DNA from: Abditibacteriaceae bacterium
GTDB taxonomy: Bacteria > Armatimonadota > Abditibacteriia > Abditibacteriales > Abditibacteriaceae
Length of the DNA stretch: 64,000 bases
NCBI GenBank assembly: GCA_965277285.1
Contig: OZ255721.1
Location: 352,001-416,000, forward strand
Direction of reading: 5' to 3'
The notes below the pieces were generated by a model that was not told the origin of the DNA, did no database searches, and saw only the letters and a list, made by a program, of their open reading frames with translations. This document shows, one piece after another, positions 59,520-64,000 of this stretch (its first letter is position 1; each line of letters starts with the position of its first letter). A program made the position numbers and the translations under genes.

Positions 59520-60623
59520 ATGTTCGACCGCGAATTGCAACCAAACGCGGCCTTCGAGTACTCGAAGGCACTGCCCGACGAAACTCAAAACGGCGAAACT
59601 CAAAACGGCGAAACTCAAAACGGCGGAAATCTTGACGCGCGTCTTGAGCAAAGCGTTGCGCAAACCGCGCGTGTTGATTCATCGCGTGTGGAATCTTTCT
59701 CCGCACCAATTTCTTCGGCAGAAATTGTCGGCGAGGACGTAAATTCATCGAATCAGGATGAAAGTTTGAGCGAAGTAACGGAACACGCCGAAGACATTGA
59801 GGACGAAGGCACAGCTTGTCCGCCAGCCGAGCGTTCTTCTGGGATTTCTTACGGGACGACGGTGAGCGGAACGTTGCGTTATGCCGAGTTCGAGGGTTTG
59901 TTCCGCGAATGGCGCAAAAGCGGCGATCCGAGCCTGCGCGACCGCTTAATCTTGATGAACCGCGGTCTGGTGATTTATCTGGCGCGACGTTTTGCCGAGC
60001 GCGGCGAAATGTCGGAAGACTTGATGCAGCAAGGTCTGATCGGCTTGATTAACGCGCTAGACAGTTTCGATCCCGACCGTGGCGCACGTTTTGTAACTTT
60101 CGCTACGCCGACAATTTTGGGCGAAATGCGCCGTTATTTGCGCGACCGTTCTTGGAGCGTTCGCGTGCCGCGCCACCTACACGAATTGAACACCGTTATC
60201 AACCAACGCATTGAGGCGCTGACGCAGCAATTCGACCGTTCGCCGACTTATGCGGAAATTGCGCGTTCGCTGGGACTCGATTTGGAACAAGTGATCGAAG
60301 CACTCGAACTTTTTAATACCGCGGAACCTGTTTCGCTTGACGAAATCGACAGCGATTCGCAGAACGAAGATGGCACGCCGATCAGCGAACAAATGGGCGC
60401 GCTTGATGCCGACCTGGAAAGCCTGAACGATCATTCCGCTTTGCGCAGCGCCCTTGATCAACTGGAGCCGCGCGAACGGCGGGTTCTGGAATTGGTTTAT
60501 TTTCAAGGATATAGCCAGTTGGCGGTCGCGCGGCAAATGAAAGTTTCGCAGATGAATATTTCGCGCCTGCAACGCCGCGCCCTGGCGCACTTGCGCGAAT
60601 TGATGAGTTCAGGCGATTTGTAA
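59520..60623 (+). CDS. SigB/SigF/SigG-family RNA polymerase sigma factor with long acidic N-terminal extension
   Basis: DLMQQGLIGL, FATPTILGEMRRYLRD..WSVRVPR, SQMNISRLQRRAL. Confidence 0.9.
   Translation: MFDRELQPNAAFEYSKALPDETQNGETQNGETQNGGNLDARLEQSVAQTARVDSSRVESFSAPISSAEIVGEDVNSSNQDESLSEVTEHAEDIEDEGTACPPAERSSGISYGTTVSGTLRYAEFEGLFREWRKSGDPSLRDRLILMNRGLVIYLARRFAERGEMSEDLMQQGLIGLINALDSFDPDRGARFVTFATPTILGEMRRYLRDRSWSVRVPRHLHELNTVINQRIEALTQQFDRSPTYAEIARSLGLDLEQVIEALELFNTAEPVSLDEIDSDSQNEDGTPISEQMGALDADLESLNDHSALRSALDQLEPRERRVLELVYFQGYSQLAVARQMKVSQMNISRLQRRALAHLRELMSSGDL
59580..59624 (+). repeat. Perfect 15-bp tandem repeat x3 (ETQNG)
   Basis: GAAACTCAAAACGGC x3. Confidence 0.95.
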
Positions 60624-60655
60624 ATTCAGTAATGGCTCAATCGAGTGCAGCGCTG

Positions 60656-60744
60656 GAAAGAACCCCGAGCGTCAGCGACGGGTGAAACATAAAAGTTCGT
60701 TCATCCGTTACGTTTCACCCGTCGCTGACGCTCGGGGTTCTTTC
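60656..60744. repeat. Hairpin repeat family A
   Basis: GAAAGAACCCCGAGCGTCAGCGACGGG...CCCGTCGCTGACGCTCGGGGTTCTTTC. Confidence 0.9.
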
Positions 60745-60776
60745 TTTGGATAGTTCAATTTATCTCACCACCTGAG

Positions 60777-60935
60777 AGGGTGTATAGGAATTGTAAAAGA
60801 GACGGTCGAACTCCCAGTTTGTCATTCTGAGCGCAGCGAAGAATCTATGTTCAGTTAGATTCTTCGCTGCGCTCAGAATGACAAACTGCTGTTTTTAAGC
60901 GTTGTCTGTAACTTTTTCGCTTTCCTATACACCCT
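60777..60935. repeat. Family B hairpin (60815-60888) inside an outer inverted repeat
   Basis: Outer AGGGTGTATAGGAA...TTCCTATACACCCT; inner CAGTTTGTCATTCTGAGCGCAGCGAAGAATCT. Confidence 0.85.
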
Positions 60936-61015
60936 TTGAGCTACTACCATAATCTTTTCGCGCGGAACTTTTCATCGCATCAATCGTGTATTCAAGCGAC
61001 AAACTGGAGCCTTCC

Positions 61016-61189
61016 GAAGGGGAGTAGCGCCGTTGAAAGTGCGAATCGAGTACTCGAAACCCGATCTCGAAACAATCCACAACGGTTGCGGACATCGTCA
61101 ATACGCTCAGAAATTTGAATTCTTGAGCCGGTGTCCGGCACGAAAAAGCGAGACCTTCACCGCAGATATTTTGCGGTGAAGGTTTTTTT
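61016..61189 (+). promoter_or_regulatory. yybP-ykoY (Mn2+-sensing) riboswitch with terminator expression platform
   Basis: GAAGGGGAGTAGC...CGTCAATAC...GCGAGACCTTC; overlapping terminator ACCTTCACCGCA/TGCGGTGAAGGT-TTTTTT. Confidence 0.8.
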
Positions 61190-61215
61190 GTCGCTTATTG
61201 CTTGGGAGGAAAAAG

Positions 61216-62100
61216 ATGGGAATTGTAAAAGTTGGTTTGCTTTTGACCGCGCTGACCGCGTTATTTGTTTTCGTCGGACACCTGATCGGCGGCGCGAATG
61301 GCGCTTTGATCGCATTTGGCCTGGCGTTGGTGATGAACGTCGGTTCATATTGGTTCAGCGACAAAATTGTGCTGCGGATGTACGGCGCGCAACCTTTGAA
61401 GCCGAATACGCCAGGCGCTTCGCATCTTTACGCGATGACGCAGCGTTTGTGCGAGCGCGCGCAGATTCCGATGCCGAGACTTTATGTGATTGACGACCCG
61501 CAGCCGAACGCTTTCGCGACCGGTCGCAACCCGCAAAACGCCACCGTCGCAGTCAATAGCGGATTGCTGCAACTGCTGAATGACGAGGAAGTCGCGGGCG
61601 TTATCGCCCACGAAATGGCGCACATCAAGCACCGCGACACCTTGACCATGACAATTGTCGCCACGCTCGCCGGAGCGATTATGACGCTGGCGCAAATGGC
61701 GCAATTCGCGGCGATTTTCGGCGGCGGACATCGTGAAGATGAAGACGGCGCGAATCCTCTGGTTGCAATGGCGTTGATGATCTTTGCACCGCTGGCGGCC
61801 ACTGTAATTCAAATGGCGATTTCGCGCGCCCGCGAATATGAAGCGGACGCGACAGGCGCGTATATCGCCGGAACGCCGTATGGCTTGATGAACGCTTTGG
61901 CGAAATTGGAGCATGGCGCACAAACGATTCCCAGCCACGCCAATCCGCAAACCGCGCACTTGTTCATCGTCAATCCTTTCAGCGGTTTGGGCGGCGTGGC
62001 GAACTTGTTCCGCACTCATCCGGCGACCGAAGAACGTATCGCGCGCTTGCAGGCATTGGCAGTGCAAAGTTCGCCGCAAAGTGTCGGCGCCTGGAGTTAA
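61216..62100 (+). CDS. htpX: Zinc metalloprotease HtpX
   Basis: SYWFSDK, PNAFATGRNP, AHEMAH, SRAREYEAD, THPATEERI. Confidence 0.95.
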   Translation: MGIVKVGLLLTALTALFVFVGHLIGGANGALIAFGLALVMNVGSYWFSDKIVLRMYGAQPLKPNTPGASHLYAMTQRLCERAQIPMPRLYVIDDPQPNAFATGRNPQNATVAVNSGLLQLLNDEEVAGVIAHEMAHIKHRDTLTMTIVATLAGAIMTLAQMAQFAAIFGGGHREDEDGANPLVAMALMIFAPLAATVIQMAISRAREYEADATGAYIAGTPYGLMNALAKLEHGAQTIPSHANPQTAHLFIVNPFSGLGGVANLFRTHPATEERIARLQALAVQSSPQSVGAWS

Positions 62101-62151
62101 CTCACCGCGAAGGACGCGGAGGAAAAAAGAAGAAGTATCGAGTACTCGAAA

Positions 62152-62197
62152 CCACAAAAAGGTAGAATCACAAGCGCGTGATTCTGCCTTTTTGTGG
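62152..62197. terminator. Bidirectional terminator-like hairpin
   Basis: CCACAAAAAGGTAGAATCAC...GTGATTCTGCCTTTTTGTGG between convergent genes. Confidence 0.7.
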
Positions 62198-62249
62198 CTT
62201 GAACTTTTTCTTGAATGACGCCGATTTTCATCGTTAATTAGTCGATTTA

Positions 62250-62462
62250 TCATTTAATAAGGCTGCGAGCTTTCGTGAGATCGCCGAATAATTCGAGGTG
62301 ACCGCAATCCATACAAAGCGCGCAACGCACTTCCAGATCGTTGCCGAAAAGACTGAAAATGGGCGCGTTATCGAGACGCAAGCAAATGCGTGGACTTCGA
62401 TTTCCTGTGAGCGAACCTTGCTCAAGGTTTTCGCCATTACAACGCAGACATTTCTGGTTCAT
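62250..62462 (-). CDS. Small zinc-ribbon protein
   Basis: MNQKCLRC...CMDCGHLELF, two CxxC; AGGAAG RBS. Confidence 0.7.
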   Translation of the reverse strand: MNQKCLRCNGENLEQGSLTGNRSPRICLRLDNAPIFSLFGNDLEVRCALCMDCGHLELFGDLTKARSLIK

Positions 62463-62604
62463 CAAATTCTTCCTTTGATTTGTTATAGGAACGATACGGC
62501 AGTGTGGTATGGCCCACAAAACCATTGCGACTGACATCATTCTTTTTACTTCAAATGCGTTGCCGCAGTTGCGTTCGCGCGCTGGTTATCTTAATCTTTG
62601 AAGC

Positions 62605-63630
62605 GTGACTTCTTTCATTCAAACCGAAACTCAAACCGCACCTTTTCTTTACGACCAATTCGCCGATACCGCATTGCGCGGCGAGGCTTTATCGCGCGAC
62701 GACGCCTTTCGAGTACTCGACACGCCGAGCGAAGAGCTTCCGCTTTTGCTGGCGGCAACGCAGCGCGTGCGCGAAACCTATTTTGGGCGACGCGTCAAAG
62801 TTTGCGTTTTGCTGAACGCGCAAAGCGGCATCTGCGCTGAAGATTGCAATTATTGCTCGCAATCGAAGATCTCGACCGCGCCCGTCGAAAAGTATAAATT
62901 GTTGCCCGAAGACACCATTGTGCAGCGCGCCAACGAAGCCGCTCAAAGTGGCGCGCGGCGTTTCTGCATCGTCATCGCGGCGCGCGGCCCGCAAACCCGC
63001 GACATTCAACATTTGTCGGCAGCGATTAAGCGCATCAAAGCCGACGACGCCACGCGCGATATGGAAATCTGCACCAGTCTGGGCTTGATGAATTTGGAAC
63101 AATGCCAGACTTTGAAAGAAGCGGGCGTCGATTATGTCAATCACAACTTGAACACGAGCGAGCGCCATTATGCCGAGATTTGCACGACGCACACATATGC
63201 CGACCGCGTGCAAACTTTGCACAACGTGCAGGCCGCCGGTTTGAAAACGTGCAGCGGCGGCATCGTCGGCATGGGCGAAACCCGTGAAGACATCGTTGAC
63301 CTCGCCTTTAGCGTGCGCGCACTCGACATCGAGAGCATTCCGATCAACTTTTTGCTGACGATTCGCGGCACCAAGCTGCAAAACCTGGCGCCAATTGACG
63401 CCGACATGGGCTTGAAAGTGTTGTGCCTAATGCGCTTGATGAACCCGACCAAAGAAGTGCGCGTGGCGGCAGGCCGCGAAGTCCATTTGCGCGAACGCCA
63501 ATCGCAAGCTTTGTGCGCCGCCAATTCGCTGTTCGTCGATGGCTATCTGACAACCGAAGGCGAAGCCTCCAACAGCGTCCGCCAATGGATCGAAGAAGCG
63601 GGTTATCATGTGGAAACTGGCGCGAATTAG
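62605..63630 (+). CDS. bioB: Biotin synthase
   Basis: SGICAEDCNYCSQS, NHNLNTS, CSGGIVGMGE, SIPINFL, RVAAGRE, GYLTT. Confidence 0.95.
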   Translation: MTSFIQTETQTAPFLYDQFADTALRGEALSRDDAFRVLDTPSEELPLLLAATQRVRETYFGRRVKVCVLLNAQSGICAEDCNYCSQSKISTAPVEKYKLLPEDTIVQRANEAAQSGARRFCIVIAARGPQTRDIQHLSAAIKRIKADDATRDMEICTSLGLMNLEQCQTLKEAGVDYVNHNLNTSERHYAEICTTHTYADRVQTLHNVQAAGLKTCSGGIVGMGETREDIVDLAFSVRALDIESIPINFLLTIRGTKLQNLAPIDADMGLKVLCLMRLMNPTKEVRVAAGREVHLRERQSQALCAANSLFVDGYLTTEGEASNSVRQWIEEAGYHVETGAN

Positions 63631-63651
63631 TTTGCAGGAAAGCCGTTGAGT

Positions 63652-63701
63652 AAAAGCAAGAGTGGCGCAATCGAGTACTCGATTGCGCCACTCTTGCTTT
63701 T
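63652..63701. terminator. Perfect 50-bp palindrome centred on the 12-mer; bidirectional terminator
   Basis: AAAAGCAAGAGTGGCGCAA-TCGAGTACTCGA-TTGCGCCACTCTTGCTTTT. Confidence 0.85.
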
Positions 63702-63712
63702 GAATCCTACTA

Positions 63713-64000
63713 TTAAAACAAGCGGTCAAGTCGTCCGTTGCTGTCGCCGAAAGTGTCTTCTTGGACGCCCATTCTGTCCAGCATCGACAGGAACAAATTG
63801 CTCATCGGCGTGTTCGGCGCGTAGCGAATGTGCTGTCCGCCTTTGATGGTTCCGGCGCCTTTTCCGGCCAGCAGAATCGGCAGTTCGTCGTGATTGTGGC
63901 GGTCGCCGTCGCTGATTCCGGCGCCGTAAACCAGCATCGTGTTGTCGAGCAAAGTGCCGTTGCCTTCCTTGGTGTTCTGCATACGGTTCAAGATGTAACC
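63713..64000 (-). CDS. DUF1552-family protein, C-terminal fragment
   Basis: EGNGTLLDNT..VYG.G.SDG..H.H..LP.LLAG, PMSNLFLSML...GV...FGDS. Confidence 0.8.
   Translation of the reverse strand, partial: GYILNRMQNTKEGNGTLLDNTMLVYGAGISDGDRHNHDELPILLAGKGAGTIKGGQHIRYAPNTPMSNLFLSMLDRMGVQEDTFGDSNGRLDRLF

Larger units (their letters stand above)
667..63682. repeat. Highly iterated 12-bp palindrome TCGAGTACTCGA dispersed through the whole window
   Basis: About 51 perfect copies by hand count (e.g. 2307, 2945, 4678, 5167, 8022, 9015, 11926, 13071, 18511, 25925, 33779, 37960, 43556, 50118, 57098, 63671) plus about 20 copies with 1-2 mismatches. Confidence 0.98.

Noticed and set aside
1857..60744. Family A/B hairpins as integron attC sites
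   Set aside because: They flank housekeeping genes in mixed orientations, lack consistent RYYYAAC/GTTRRRY ends, and no integrase is present
667..63682. 12-mer or hairpin repeats as a CRISPR array
   Set aside because: No 23-47-bp direct repeats with regular short spacers, copies lie inside genes, and no cas genes are present
2307..63682. 12-mer as a cloning linker, adapter or assembly artefact
   Set aside because: Copies keep reading frames and conserved domains intact in all three frames and show natural mismatch variants; still worth confirming in raw reads

Overview
This is a core-chromosome window of a roughly 55% GC bacterium. An Armatimonadota/Abditibacteriota-like lineage is only a tentative inference from gene content. 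Housekeeping content includes xylA, era, an opp/dpp-type ABC operon interrupted by a GxxExxY nuclease-like gene, grpE plus an Hsp70 paralog, mutS2, mgtE, nagZ, leuB, a GH1 beta-glucosidase, cysH, sucC, tRNA-Leu/tRNA-Gly-tig-clpP-clpX-(rbp)-lon, miaB, degP, an RNB ribonuclease, 6S RNA-rarA-rsbV-rsbW-sigB-like genes, a yybP-ykoY riboswitch-htpX unit and bioB. The dominant unexplained signal is the 12-bp palindrome TCGAGTACTCGA. By hand count there are about 51 perfect and about 20 near-perfect copies, roughly one per 0.9 kb, in genes, intergenic DNA, terminators and ribosome-binding regions. It is spaced more evenly than random and is written into conserved proteins as SSTR / EYS / RVL[DE]. It looks like a HIP1-like or uptake-sequence-like genome-wide system that I do not recognise as described. 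At least five families of intergenic hairpin repeats are also present, several nested inside one another. Other features are a tRNA-Leu(UAG) lacking the long variable arm and two genes broken by single lesions. No CRISPR array, transposase, integrase or methyltransferase gene was seen. All counts are manual and approximate.
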